This document shows, in pieces, positions 29,401-40,790 of a stretch of DNA of 64,000 nt (position 1 is the first letter of the stretch; every line of letters starts with the position of its first letter). The stretch is from Mizuhopecten yessoensis (taxonomy: Eukaryota), in assembly GCF_002113885.1 (NCBI RefSeq), contig NW_018408742.1, positions 1,417,215 to 1,481,214 of the forward strand, written 5' to 3'. The notes below the pieces were generated by a model. The model was not told the DNA's origin. It searched no databases and was given only the letters and a program-made list of their open reading frames with translations. The translations under genes were made by a program, and so were the position numbers.

Positions 29401-32279
29401 CTCATTCAGAACAGCATGTTCAATCGGGAAAGGACTTTGCTTGTGTTGTAATCTTAATGCAAAAGAACATTCCTTAAAACATAATGTATATATATATATA
29501 TCTTGTAACGTATTCATTACGTCCGTCTCCATCATGATTATGTTATAAATATTTTATGTGTTGTTAACATTATGTTATTAACGGTGTGCGTGTTACTAAC
29601 AGGATAATTTGTTAACATTTATATGTATTATAGTTATTAAAGTGTAATATATATCAAAATTTATTAAGATATTATGTACAATAATATAAAAAAATGTACA
29701 ATAAATCTCCAGCACACACACATGCATACACACATAGGGAGATATTAGCCAGGTGGCATAGGACAAGTAGTTAGCACCTGATAAGGCAGCTCCTGCGAAT
29801 TCCTCAATATTGTATTGATTAATATACATGCTAATTGTATTGACTGTATAAAATTGTATATCTATGTACTGTAAAGCGCTTTAGAGTGGCTTATGTTAGC
29901 TAGATAGGGCACTATATCAAATGTTGTATATTATGTGTACTGTTAACAGTAATCATGATATTAACAGTATTCATTGATTAACTATAATCATGATATAAAC
30001 AGTATTTGTGTTATTAACACTATGCATGTTATTAACAGTATTTGTGTTATTAACACTATTTGTTTTATCTGCAATATGCATGCCATTAGCAGTATAATCA
30101 TGGAGTGGTGTTTGTTTCAGTCACCTGGACAGCAAGGTGAACCAAGGCTTTAGCAGCAGTGGTTATTTCTGTCCCCAGTGTAAGAGTAAATATTGTGAGC
30201 TGCCCATTGAATGTAAATCCTGTGGTAAGTAGTATAAGTTTATTATTTAGTGCCCTTGTAGAAAGTGTAATGATGAGGTGCAACTTGACACATGAAAGTA
30301 ATTTAAATCACATTTTGCAACACGCTAGTTGAACATTTTTTAGTGTGTTCTATCTCTTTATATATTTCACATCATTTGGCAATTAGCTCACCTGGTACTT
30401 TGCCCCTTAAAAGTAATTCTTTCCTATGGAAACTTTTAAGTTAAGGAATTCCCTTGAATTAAGGAACATTTATGAAACTTTAGGCCTGACTAAATTTGGT
30501 ATGAAGCATCCCTGGGTTAAAAGGATTAATTTTTGCATAAAACAAAGGTATAAGTGGGGTAGAGTGAAATAGGAGCATTTTTTAAGGGTCCAACACACAC
30601 ATTTGTGAAAAGTTTTATTGATAAAATATCTTGTCTAGTAATGATAAACTAGATTTTCGTAGTACACACGACTTTGAATTTGTTTTAAAGGTTTGACGTT
30701 AGTATCAGCACCACACTTGGCACGGTCATACCACCACCTGTTTCCACTGGAGACTTTTATGGAGACTCCAGTGTCTAGTATACCCACAGACTCAGCAGTG
30801 TATGTACTTTTATAACAGTAGTTTTACATCTAATAATTATGATGTTAATGCTATTGGTTTTCATAATAACAATGTGAAAAAAGTTTTCCACAAAATAAAA
30901 TGATGCAAAAGTGTTTCTAAAGCACATATACTTTTCTCCCACTTTTTAAAACAAGGTCAAATAAGTTTTTAACTTCAGGGGAATTAACTGATGAATATAT
31001 GTTTCAATCCACCGTATACAACAAGTTCCAACTTTGCAATGACTATTTCCTCTTGAAATTAACACCAAGTTTCACTGTAGACTGAGTTGCACAGCATTAC
31101 CTGTACTGGGGTAACTGTTGTACAGCATTACCTGTACTAGGGTAACTGACTTGGAGCCGAAAGGTTATTGAACGTTTTACTTTTTGTTTCCAGATGCTGC
31201 TTTTCATGCCAAATTGCTGTGGAAGACCCAAATGTAAGTACACATCTCCATTGACTGAATCAAGACTGATTATCAACGGCATGCTACTTGTATCGGTGTT
31301 CCTGGCTGGGCCCCACAGGTTACTTTTGTACCTGTATGTTATTTTTGGGGTACATGTTTGTTGTTTTATATTAAGTGTGTATTGTTATATTAACTGTATA
31401 TTAACTAGGTGTATTTTAAGTTTGTATATATGGTTAACTATGTACTAATGCCTGCGAACTTATGGTACGGTGCAGCATCTTCTGTTCATATTTTCATTCG
31501 CTAGCTTTATTCTTGGAAGATATTCTTCTTTAAAACTGAAACCCGGGGACCAGTAGGTGCCCGAGACGGAGTGCTATAAAGTTTCCTCATACAAATGACC
31601 TTGACCTAGTTTTAAGGTTACAGAGGTTTAATATGTTAAAAAGTGCAAGCAAAATTTTCTAAATAACCAGAAGGTCTAGATCGACAGCAATAATAGCAGG
31701 ACACGATATGTAGACCAGCAGTTCAAAACGTTGGCTAGTATATTGTGTATCAATGGTCATCTTTGAGCACTACCTTGGGTCAGAGTTGACATGGGCTTTA
31801 AAAGGTAAAAAGTTTACTGACTTTGATAAAAGTCCATGATTCTAATATTTGGCCAGGAGGTACATGTACATGGGCGATATCAGCCTGTCTGGATTGTGAT
31901 CAATTACCTGTATGTGACCTGTTTTACCTGTTTGTTACCTGTATTACAGGTGTACCAGTGTGGGAGGTATCAGCAGCTGAACTGTCTAGACTGACCTCTA
32001 TTACCTGTATGTGACCTATGTTTTACCTGTATGTTACCTGTATTACAGGTGTACCATTATGGGCGATATCAGCCTGTCTGGATTGTGATCTATTACCTGT
32101 ATGTGACCTGTTTTACCTGTTTGTTACCTATATTACAGGTGTACCAGTGTGGGAGGTGTCAGCAGCTGTACTGTCTAGACTGTGATCTGTTTATCCACGA
32201 GACACTACATTCCTGCCCAGGCTGTGCCTGTTCTAGGGAAACACAAGAATCCTCACAACAGTTTGTCGGATTAACCTGA
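20393..32279 (+). CDS. GTF2H2: General transcription factor IIH subunit 2 (TFIIH p44/Ssl1), 14 exons, 404 aa
   Basis: [19 protein letters not shown]...RLGMMRHL...DQDLKPTR...[13 protein letters not shown] (vWA domain), [20 protein letters not shown]4 zinc finger CPQC...[18 protein letters not shown]-terminal RING-like [18 protein letters not shown]; 1215-nt spliced CDS in frame. Confidence 0.97.
21424..21538 (+). CDS. GTF2H2: GTF2H2 exon 2
   Basis: [38 protein letters not shown]. Confidence 0.95.
22132..22218 (+). CDS. GTF2H2: GTF2H2 exon 3
   Basis: [29 protein letters not shown]. Confidence 0.95.
22726..22831 (+). CDS. GTF2H2: GTF2H2 exon 4
   Basis: [35 protein letters not shown]. Confidence 0.96.
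23055..23160 (+). CDS. GTF2H2: GTF2H2 exon 5
   Basis: [36 protein letters not shown]. Confidence 0.95.
23141..25200. repeat. 30-bp minisatellite (~60-65 units) seeded by the GTF2H2 exon 5 donor junction
   Basis: Unit tagccaaccagacactcag|gtttgtggtt(c/t); the first copy is the exon end; units diverge with distance. Confidence 0.97.
25465..25930. repeat. ~138-bp satellite-like units x 3, probably internal to a Helentron/HINE-type element
   Basis: Repeated tatttcacctggagtaacaagatttggtatgcaaatac...ggtcattgtgacct. Confidence 0.55.
26107..26197 (+). CDS. GTF2H2: GTF2H2 exon 6
   Basis: [30 protein letters not shown]. Confidence 0.96.
26630..26985. repeat. 36-bp tandem repeat x ~10
   Basis: ccaaggtttaggtatgaagatgccaaggttatgata. 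Confidence 0.93.
27178..27265 (+). CDS. GTF2H2: GTF2H2 exon 7
   Basis: [29 protein letters not shown]. Confidence 0.95.
27368..27960 (+). mobile_element. Helentron-derived non-autonomous element (HINE-like) with ~160-bp internal tandem units
   Basis: Begins TTTTTAGCTCACCTG...GTGAGC, a subterminal hairpin typical of bivalve HINEs; then ccgtctgtc and about 3 units containing aattttgtataaacggtggg. Confidence 0.7.
28301..28377 (+). CDS. GTF2H2: GTF2H2 exon 8
   Basis: [26 protein letters not shown]. Confidence 0.95.
28598..28628 (+). CDS. GTF2H2: GTF2H2 exon 9 (31 nt)
   Basis: [11 protein letters not shown]. Confidence 0.9.
28956..29019 (+). CDS. GTF2H2: GTF2H2 exon 10
   Basis: [21 protein letters not shown]. 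Confidence 0.93.
30121..30224 (+). CDS. GTF2H2: GTF2H2 exon 11
   Basis: [34 protein letters not shown]. Confidence 0.96.
30691..30799 (+). CDS. GTF2H2: GTF2H2 exon 12
   Basis: [37 protein letters not shown]. Confidence 0.94.
31194..31233 (+). CDS. GTF2H2: GTF2H2 exon 13
   Basis: [13 protein letters not shown]|GTAAGT. Confidence 0.9.
31870..32190. repeat. Tandem duplications (90-100-bp units) of the GTF2H2 last-exon acceptor junction
   Basis: tattacag|GTGTACCA at 31949, 32048 and the true site at 32138. Confidence 0.92.
32139..32279 (+). CDS. GTF2H2: GTF2H2 exon 14 (last)
   Basis: [46 protein letters not shown]. Confidence 0.95.
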   Translation: MYQCGRCQQLYCLDCDLFIHETLHSCPGCACSRETQESSQQFVGLT

Positions 32280-32339
32280 TACAATGTACCTTTAATTTGT
32301 TACATTTTTTTTATATTTTTGTATACTGTTAAAGAACAA

Positions 32340-32345
32340 AATAAA
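32340..32345 (+). terminator. Candidate GTF2H2 polyadenylation signal
   Basis: AATAAA 60 nt after the stop, followed by a T-rich tract; a second AATAAA at 32411. Confidence 0.55.
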
Positions 32346-32899
32346 ACCTGATATCAGTCTTTTTTCTTTTTCTTTTTCTTTTTCTTCTATTGACTGCAAT
32401 ACTTAATGATAATAAACGTTATGATAAATAGAAAATCATCCTGAAAATAGTGAATAATATGCAAAACTTAAAAACTGCTGTTGGTATTTATTTACTTTTA
32501 CCTAGAAAATTTGTCTGTATATATATACATTATTTATCATCTTGTGTCTGTCCCACTAGAAGAAAAGTACTTGAGGTGAAAATTTCACTTGAACTACCAT
32601 ACTTGGGTGGTAGGTCAAACTAGAACTACCATACTTGTAGATTCAACTTCCCTTATATAATATAGTAAATTAACCTACTAATTACAATGTTGAATTTTTC
32701 AAAGAATTTTATATAATTAGTTAAATGAAATTTAAGATTATCTTTTAAACAAAAAATTCTGCAACCGATCCAGGTACAAAAGAGATGAATATCAGGTGAT
32801 ATAATTGGTCAGGTATATCCATAATACATTAATACAGGAGGTAGAGCATTTGTGTTTGTTTCTCTCATCAGGAGTGATCACAGCACATGGTCATTGTAT

Positions 32900-33240
32900 A
32901 TTCAACATATCTAGGCTTGTACAGGTTATACACATGTTTGTATGCTTCTACATATTCAACACAGGTCCATAGGTCTGTACACGTTCAAAACATGTATGTA
33001 TGCTTCTACATATTCAACACAGGTCCATAGGCCTGTACACATTCAACACATGTCTGTAGGCTCGTACATTTTCATCTCAGGTCTGTAGGCTGGAGGCATT
33101 GGTAATAGGTCAGTGCTCCTTCAACACAGGTCCGTAGGCTTGTACAGGTTAAACACAGTTATGTAGGCTTGTACAGGTTAAACACAGGTCCATTGGCTAA
33201 GTCATTACACAGGTCCATTGGCTAAGTCACCATGAACATG
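32900..33240. repeat. Degenerate ~30-bp repeats in the Ly6-gene 3'UTR
   Basis: Recurring caacacaggtccataggcttgtaca motif. Confidence 0.6.
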
Positions 33241-33275
33241 ATCAACATAGGTTCACTACAAGCCCAGTATGCTTA

Positions 33276-33378
33276 TTATAACACCAAGAATGAGACCAGA
33301 GCAAGCCCTGTGAGGAGGAGAGATATGTACACCAGGCTGCCTCTTCCCACCGCACCGTTACAGCGTGGGGTACTGCAT
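33276..33378 (-). CDS. Ly6-like gene exon 4
   Basis: CSTPRCNGAVGRGSLVYISLLLTGLALVSFLVL*. Confidence 0.9.
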
Positions 33379-35508
33379 CTAATAAGGAACAAAAGTAGTC
33401 AGGATAGACACAGAACATACCAAATATATGTATAATTACACATTTTTTGAATATCTTTTCAAAACTCAAAGGAAAATATTGAAAGTACCTAACTTCTATT
33501 TGAATTTTGGTATACATCAAAATCATGATATGAAGTTGTCTCCCTTAAAAGAATTTTGATTCGACAATTTTTCCAAAAGTGATTGCCCTTTATTCATTTC
33601 AGTATTTGATTTTTGTCCAGCAATATCCTCCTACATTTTTCAATGGATCTCATTGAAACATCCCAACAAAAAATGTGATGGCCTTAATAAAAGGCTAAAA
33701 TTACCCAGGACGGTAATGTTTTTGTTATAGCACCCTTGAAAATAATGATAATATCAATCTTGTAGAAAACAATGCTGGTTTTATGTAGAAAAGATAAAAA
33801 AGGTTTTTGTCTTTTTATATATTATGAAATGTATACTGACCTACAAATAGTTTTCATGCCTTTCATTGGTATATATTGGGAGACGCAGCCTGACCCACCT
33901 GGGCCCGTCACAGGGAGTGGAGATTGGTTTTCAAAACACCCTCGCTCAACTTCAAAGTTTAAACAGAAATATGTGATAAGAGTGAAAATAAATATAAAAC
34001 ATTAAGCAAGGATATAGACATCTGCAGCGGTTACTAAAAAAAGTGATTAAACACATTCATATTGGTGATATACAACATATTTCTTTATATCATGTATTCA
34101 AATTGGTGGCATCACATACATTGTTAAAAAGGTGTTATTGTAATACAAAACCATTAAAGTTAGTGATCAGATTCTTGGGATATATCTGACATTTGAATGT
34201 ATTTAAAATGAGCTTGAAAATTTACCCTGATTTTGACCAAATTCTATGCTTCAATGCAGTTTGAGAGTGGTAGCAAGAAGTGGAAACAAATGAATCAGAA
34301 AAGGGGTGTTGTACCTGTTCCTGCCAACATAATCTTGACACACACTGTAGGACAATCTGTGGGGGAGTCATGGTTACGGAATGGGTCATCACAATCTGTG
34401 TCCACAACTGTATTACATTTATAACATTGTAGAACACTGGCTGAAAACACAACACGCACAGTAAAATGAAAATTTCAGGTGTTTTTTATCTAGTTATTTC
34501 TCATATATTCATGTTAATTCTATGTTTCAGGGCAAATCTGAAAATACATAGTTAATATATTTCTAATTTAGAAGAAGAAATTGTTTACAGACTGAACCAT
34601 GCATCAACATGTCAAAATGTGTACACATACATGTACATAAGTTAAATCATAGGTCATGTTAGAAAATCATCTTTCTTTTAAAACAATTTTTAACATATAT
34701 ATATATGTGCTTCATTTTTTTCTTTCAACGTCTGGCCAATGGGGTAATGCTTCACTGCTTTGGAATGCTATTTTGTTCACAAACAAGGGGAAAATGTTCA
34801 ACAGAGTTGGAGGAACTATAATCCGTCATCAACCTTCCAGCCACAAATTACCAATATGATTAGATGTAGCAGACAATGCTTATAGAATCTGGACGGGGTT
34901 GAATAGATATTTTTTTCTACATCATTACTGATCAGGCTATACTTTATACGTCAAGGGAGATCACTCTGACGTCCATCATAGCTCAAGCCAAACAGTTATA
35001 TTTTGGTAACGAATCTGACGTAAGTCGTTAGATCATATGATAGAACTGGATTTTTTCAGTCCTTGAATTGGTAAATTTATAAAATTCTGATATAAGAACA
35101 CACATGTTTGTATAAAGTACTGGTAAATTGATATTTCAAAGCTTAGAATGATCAAGCGTGTGACGTCATTTCGAGTTTTGCCACCGCGAAAATTAAATGC
35201 ATATATGTTCATGATTCTACATATAAAGCCTAAACTCAGTGACTTAATTTGTTTCTTGATATTGAATTATATGCTAAGCTAACATTTTTTTAATAAAACA
35301 CCGGACCCCACAGAACGTAACGTCAAGAATGACGGACACCTGTCGAGTTTTGTTATGGTCGGCCTACTGTCAAGAAGATCTAGCCTAACTAGTATTAAAG
35401 TCCATGTAATTATTGTAAATGCAAAATCCTAACAATCTTACCAACTGTCGGAGCAAGAATGACCAGGATAACACTTATTGTGGCAAAGCATGACCATAGC
35501 ACATGCAT
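33276..35508 (-). CDS. GPI-anchored Ly6/uPAR three-finger protein (Quiver/Sleepless-like), 4 exons, 134 aa
   Basis: Exons 35442-35508, 34315-34440, 33841-33949 and 33276-33378 join in frame: signal peptide MHVLWSCFATISVILVILAPTVAS, 10-Cys LU domain LQCYKCNT...DCDDPF...DCPTVCVK...VERGC...GCVS...TICRCSTPRCN, hydrophobic GPI signal SLVYISLLLTGLALVSFLVL*. Confidence 0.9.
33841..33949 (-). CDS. Ly6-like gene exon 3
   Basis: VERGCFENQSPLPVTGPGGSGCVSQYIPMKGMKTICR; AG|GTCAGT. Confidence 0.87.
34315..34440 (-). CDS. Ly6-like gene exon 2
   Basis: ASVLQCYKCNTVVDTDCDDPFRNHDSPTDCPTVCVKIMLAGT. Confidence 0.9.
35442..35508 (-). CDS. Ly6-like gene exon 1 (signal peptide)
   Basis: MHVLWSCFATISVILVILAPTV; G|GTAAGA, phase 1. 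Confidence 0.85.
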
Positions 35509-35875
35509 GCTTCCATCTTTGTCTTAAAAAATGAAAATATGAACTCGTTCTATGTCGAATTGCATTACGTCATTATTTGTTGTGTAGAACGTCACACTTG
35601 ATTTGTAACTTCCCCAGCCAAAAGTGGTAATGTGGTTTGGCGATATTTTTTTTCATTCTTTTATTTTTTTAAATGGAATTTTGATATTGAATCAACTATA
35701 AATAGACTTGTTAATCATTTAGAGCAGAGACGTATAAAGCCATACGTCTCTGTTTAGAGCAATACAACTCTTATAGCATATTTTAGTTGCCATGTTCAAC
35801 TAGGCCTACATCTTTAGTATAATACGAGGAAGATAATTGCCTAATGTGGGGGTGGTGGTGGAGGGGGAGGGAGGG

Positions 35876-35911
35876 NNNNNNNNNNNNNNNNNNNNNNNNN
35901 NNNNNNNNNNN
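35876..35911. other. Assembly gap (36 N) within a G-rich tract
   Basis: Run of n flanked by G runs. Confidence 0.99.
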
Positions 35912-36008
35912 GGGGGGGCTGTTTCTGTGCTGAACCTGTTTCCGTGCTTTGACCTTTTAGGCATCGTTGTGCACTAACTGCAAGTTAGTAAGAGTAAACA
36001 CTTGGGTC

Positions 36009-36097
36009 AATCGAGAACCGTCGGCACTTTCCTTAAACGAGAAAATACGTTTAACCGTTTTTTTCTCGTTTACGGAAAATGCCGACGGTTCCCGATT
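36009..36097. repeat. Near-perfect palindrome/hairpin (~43-bp arms)
   Basis: aatcgagaaccgtcggcactttccttaaacgagaaaa / ttttctcgtttacggaaaatgccgacggttcccgatt. Confidence 0.85.
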
Positions 36098-39000
36098 AAT
36101 TGTACTTTGGTAAGATGTTGAAGAAAACGAGACGAAAACAGATTCACACAATTTTATTCAAAACGTATTTCGGGAAGTAGATTTCTTACTATTACCTTTT
36201 TATTAGATTAGAATACAATAAGGTAACATTTTAGTATAATTTATATTTGCCACACGACTTATCATCGCATGTTCAACAAAATAGTGTGACTATCATGTGT
36301 TATATCTAGACGGTAATATACCGCCGGAATTGACTAGTTGTCGTTTTAGAATGAAAAAAAAAGTTATTGCAAACTGACTACCCTAGGCTGGTGAAATTAA
36401 AGACTACACATTATTGATACACAACGCGAAGCACAGCTGTTGCTTAAATTTCCTATAATTTATTTCTTTTCGCGTCCAGGACTCAGAAACTGGTCACCCG
36501 ATGTTATCTAGTAATAATATAGAAATATGTATTAGGTAAAGTCTGCATTTCTAACTCCGACTTGGGTTATGCCCTTCGTGTATATGTAGATCCCCCACCC
36601 CCGTGTATACCGTCTTAGAAATACCAAGACAGATACAGCGTCAGTTAAAACATTCCTCAGCGCCAGCAACAATGATAAAACGGACAAGAGTCGAGTCGAT
36701 AGGAAACAACAACAGGAAATAACCTTCCTTAGATTCCCCTGTTTATATGTGTCACACTTTATTAACGAAGTCCTACAGAGTCTGTTTATCAGGATTTCCT
36801 ATATGGGTGCGTAAGAATGCCCCTGAGTCATCAGAACAAACAACACAAGACATCAACCGTGACAAAGGAACACGCGTACGTGAGTTAGGAAATCTTGAAG
36901 GTTGCTAGCAAGAAAGGGAAAGTTCACGATATGGAATATCGAAATCGTTCCGTTTATCGTACAGCTTAGTAGTAAGCCGTTCCTGTTGGTCATGTTGTAA
37001 GTAAAGATTGAGGAAAGTGGCTGCAGCTGCAGAGTTTAAAGTGCCATTGACTCAAGCTCAAGAGGGTATAAAAGATTGTATTTCTTGTTATTTAATGAAC
37101 GCATATTTTCGATATATATTATTGTAAAATTGAAGGACTTGGCTAGTTTTTATTACAGGTTTTGATAAGCTCATCAATAAAGTTCAGCCTCATATCCTTC
37201 AGTATAATGGAAAATCTTGCTACCAAACTCAACAAGGATATCGTCAACCAGGAACTTTCAACATTCGCACAATTTCATCCTCAGAATATTTCATTTTGGC
37301 CTTTGCTGAACTTTCCACAAAATATGGGTCCAGACTAATTTACAACCATATTTTTATACTCGACGTTTGCCTTTTTGGAAAAGAAAGCTTTCAAAATAAG
37401 AAAATGAAGGGGTCCCTTTATAGATTGGTATGAAGTATGGTAGTTTTAAGAGTCGAAAAGACAAAAGTTTTCATAGAAGAAACATTTTTTGAGAAGAGGA
37501 TCTTCAAGACTGATGGAAAGATTTTTCGAATTCTTCAAAATCCATATTACATTAATTTCTCTTTTCTACGCATACATTATGACAATAAGACCGATTTAAT
37601 GGTACTGAGAAAGGCAAGAAGTCTTACTTACTTGGTTGAGCAGCTAGAAGATCAAACGATAAACCATTGTTGATAAGCAGGGGCGGGTCCAGGTGAGGGC
37701 GTAATGGGCGTACGCCCCCCCCCCCCCCCCCCCCCTTTTTCAAAAAAACCCCCCAAAAAACCTATCGTAATCTGCTAATATTGTATTGAATATGGCAATT
37801 TATCATATTAATTAAACACATAAACACCCTGACACTTTAACTATAAAATATACATGCTCCAAGTCGGGAACCGTTACATTAGTGCATTTCACAATTATTT
37901 TATGTTTTTTAGCAAAAAAAAAGGTCCAAATTTTTATTTGTTTTCAAATTTGATATTATTATTTTTTTGTATGAAGACCTGATATGTTTAATCAAATCGG
38001 AATGTAAATCCAAATGTGACTCTAATTCACCATGCTCTAGTCAGAGAAATTTGAATCATGTCATCAAAATATCGTATAATGGGTTATTTACTTAAATGTT
38101 TGTGAGTTAACTCTGTTTGACCCAAAATCAGAAAATTAAATGTACACGGGTTATAAATTCGCTATCTAGACATATGAAAGAAAGATATGTTCGCGGTGTC
38201 TTAGCACAGAGACGGGACACCCGGTAAATAAAGTGTCCAATATTCAAATGAATAGACTTCATGGCAGAATACTGGGACAACAACAAGTAAATGTGCTTTG
38301 TTAAATAAATAATCAATTAAGCTGTTGGATGTGTGATATAAATCCTTACTCTTTATGCATATGAATCGTCGCAAACAAATGCTCGCTATTTCATGGCGAT
38401 ATTACGGTTATGAAGTTTATACCGCGGCTCAATTTTACGCTTGTCATGTTATTATGGAGATGATATTTTCGCGATCAAGTGATTGAATTGCGAAAATATG
38501 ATCCCCGCAAAAATATCCTGCTATACGGTACACGACCAAAGTTCTCTGTTTGAATTTTATCATCAGAACTTACAATTAAAGCCCTCAATTAGAATTTGTC
38601 ACAAAACCCAAGACCTTTTATCTTCATTTTAAAGTTCCCAGTAAGATGCTAGTGGTCAGAATACCAAACCAAAACCCTTAATTGGAATCATTATAACCCA
38701 AAGCTCATATCCCAAATTAGAACTTGATCATCGCAAAACCCAAAGTCTCATATTAGATCTTCATCATCAGAACACACAACCAAAATCCCTAAATAAATAT
38801 TTAACGTAACTAACACGCAAGTTAATTCCGTAATAAAGATTTTAGCATCAAAACAAACAACTAGTCATCCTCTAACCAAATCAACAATTAGAATGTTATC
38901 ATCAGGGCACACAGCCAATGTTAATAGGAATTTCATTATCATGACACACTCTCAAATAAAGGCTTTATCATTGGAACACATGACAAAAGTTCTGATTCAA

Positions 39001-39204
39001 ACATTTATCATCAGAAAATACAACCAAAGTCAAACGTCCCCAGAAATTAAATGACTTAATCATCAGAACACGAAACTGAAGTCCTAAATGAAACCTTTTT
39101 CGCCAGCTAGAATACACAACCAAAGTCCTCATTTATTTATTCCGCTTGTACTTTTTCAACGGTTTTCATATCAGTCTTTCCTTTGTTTTTATTTGTTGCC
39201 CTAT

Positions 39205-40790
39205 CCCCAGAACACACAGCCAAAGTCGTCCATTAGAACTTTAACACAGGAACATACAGCCGAAGTCGTCCATTAGAACTTTAACATATATAGGAACACA
39301 CTGCCAAAGTCGTCCAATAGAACTTTAACATAGGAGCATACAGCCAAAGTCGTCAATTATAACTTTAACATAGTAACACACAGCCAAAGTCGTCCATTAG
39401 ATCTTTAACATAGTAACAAACAACCAAAGTCGTCCATTAGATCTTTAACATAGGAACACACAGCCAAAGTCGTCCATTAGATCTTTAACATAGTAACACA
39501 CAGCCAAAGTCGTCCATTAGAACTTTAACATAGGTACACACAGCCAAAGTCGTCCATAAGAACGTTAAAATAGGAACACACAGCCAAAGTCGTCCATTAT
39601 AACTTTAACATAGGAACACACAGCCAAAATCGTCCATTAGAACTTTAACATAGTAACACACAGCCAAAGTCGTCTATTATAACTTTAACATAGTAACAAA
39701 CAGCCAAAGTCGTCTATTATAACTTTAACATAGTAACAAACAGCCAAAGTCGTCAATTAGAATTTTAACATAGGAACACATAACCAAAATCGCCCATTAG
39801 AACTTTAACATAGAAACACACAGCCAAAGTCGTCCATTATATCTTTAACATAGGAACACACAGCCAAAGTCGTCCATTAGAACTTTAACATAGGAAAACA
39901 CAGCCAAAGTCGTCAATTAGAATTTTAACATAGGAACACACAGCCAAAGTCGTCCATTAGAACTTTATCATAGGAACACACAGCCACAGTCGTCCATTAG
40001 AACTTTATCATAGGAACATACAGCCAAAGTCGTCCATTCGAACTTTAACATAGTAACACACAGCCACAGTCGTCCATTAGAACTTTAACATAGGAACACA
40101 CAGCCACAGTCGTCCATTAGAACTTTATCATAGGAACATACAGCCAAAGTCGTCCATTAGAACGTTAAAATAGGAACACACAGCCAAAGTCGTCCATTAT
40201 AACTTTAACATAGGAACACACAGCCAAAGTCGTCCATTATAACTTTAACATAGTAACACACAGCCAAAGTTGTCCATTAGAACTTTAACATAGGACACAC
40301 AGCCAGAGTCGTCCATTAGAACTTTAACATAGGAACACACAGCCAAAGTTGTCCATTAGAACTTTAACATAGGAACACACAGCCAAAGTCGTCTATTAGA
40401 ACTTTAACATAGAAAACCACAGCCAAAGTCGTCCATTCGAACTTTAACATAGTAACACACAGCCAAAGTTGTCCATTAGAACTTTAACATAGGAACACAC
40501 AGCCAAAGTCGTCCATTAGAACTTTAACATAGTAACACACATCCAAATTCGTCCATTATAACTTTAACAAAGGAACACACAGCCAAAGTCGTCCATTAGA
40601 ACTTTAACATAGTAACACACAACCAAACTCGTCCATTATAACTTTAACATAGGAACACACAACCAAAGTCGTCCATTAGATCTTTAACATAGGAACACAC
40701 AGCCAAAGTCGTCCATTAGATCTTTAACATAGGAGCACACAGCCAAAGTCGTTCATTAGAACTTTAACATAGGAACACACAGTCAAGTCG
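39205..40790. repeat. 40-bp minisatellite x ~39, with degenerate flanks (38530-39130, 40790-41000)
   Basis: gaacacacagccaaagtcgtccattagaactttaacatag. Confidence 0.97.

Noticed and set aside
33242-33526. 94-aa - strand ORF from the track
   Set aside because: Wrong frame; the overlapping frame encodes the Ly6 C-terminus (CSTPRCN + GPI signal).
39205-40790. CRISPR-like regular array (also 6754-7626, 54510-55142, 59480-60935)
   Set aside because: Units are contiguous with no unique spacers, there are no cas genes, and the context is eukaryotic; these are minisatellites.
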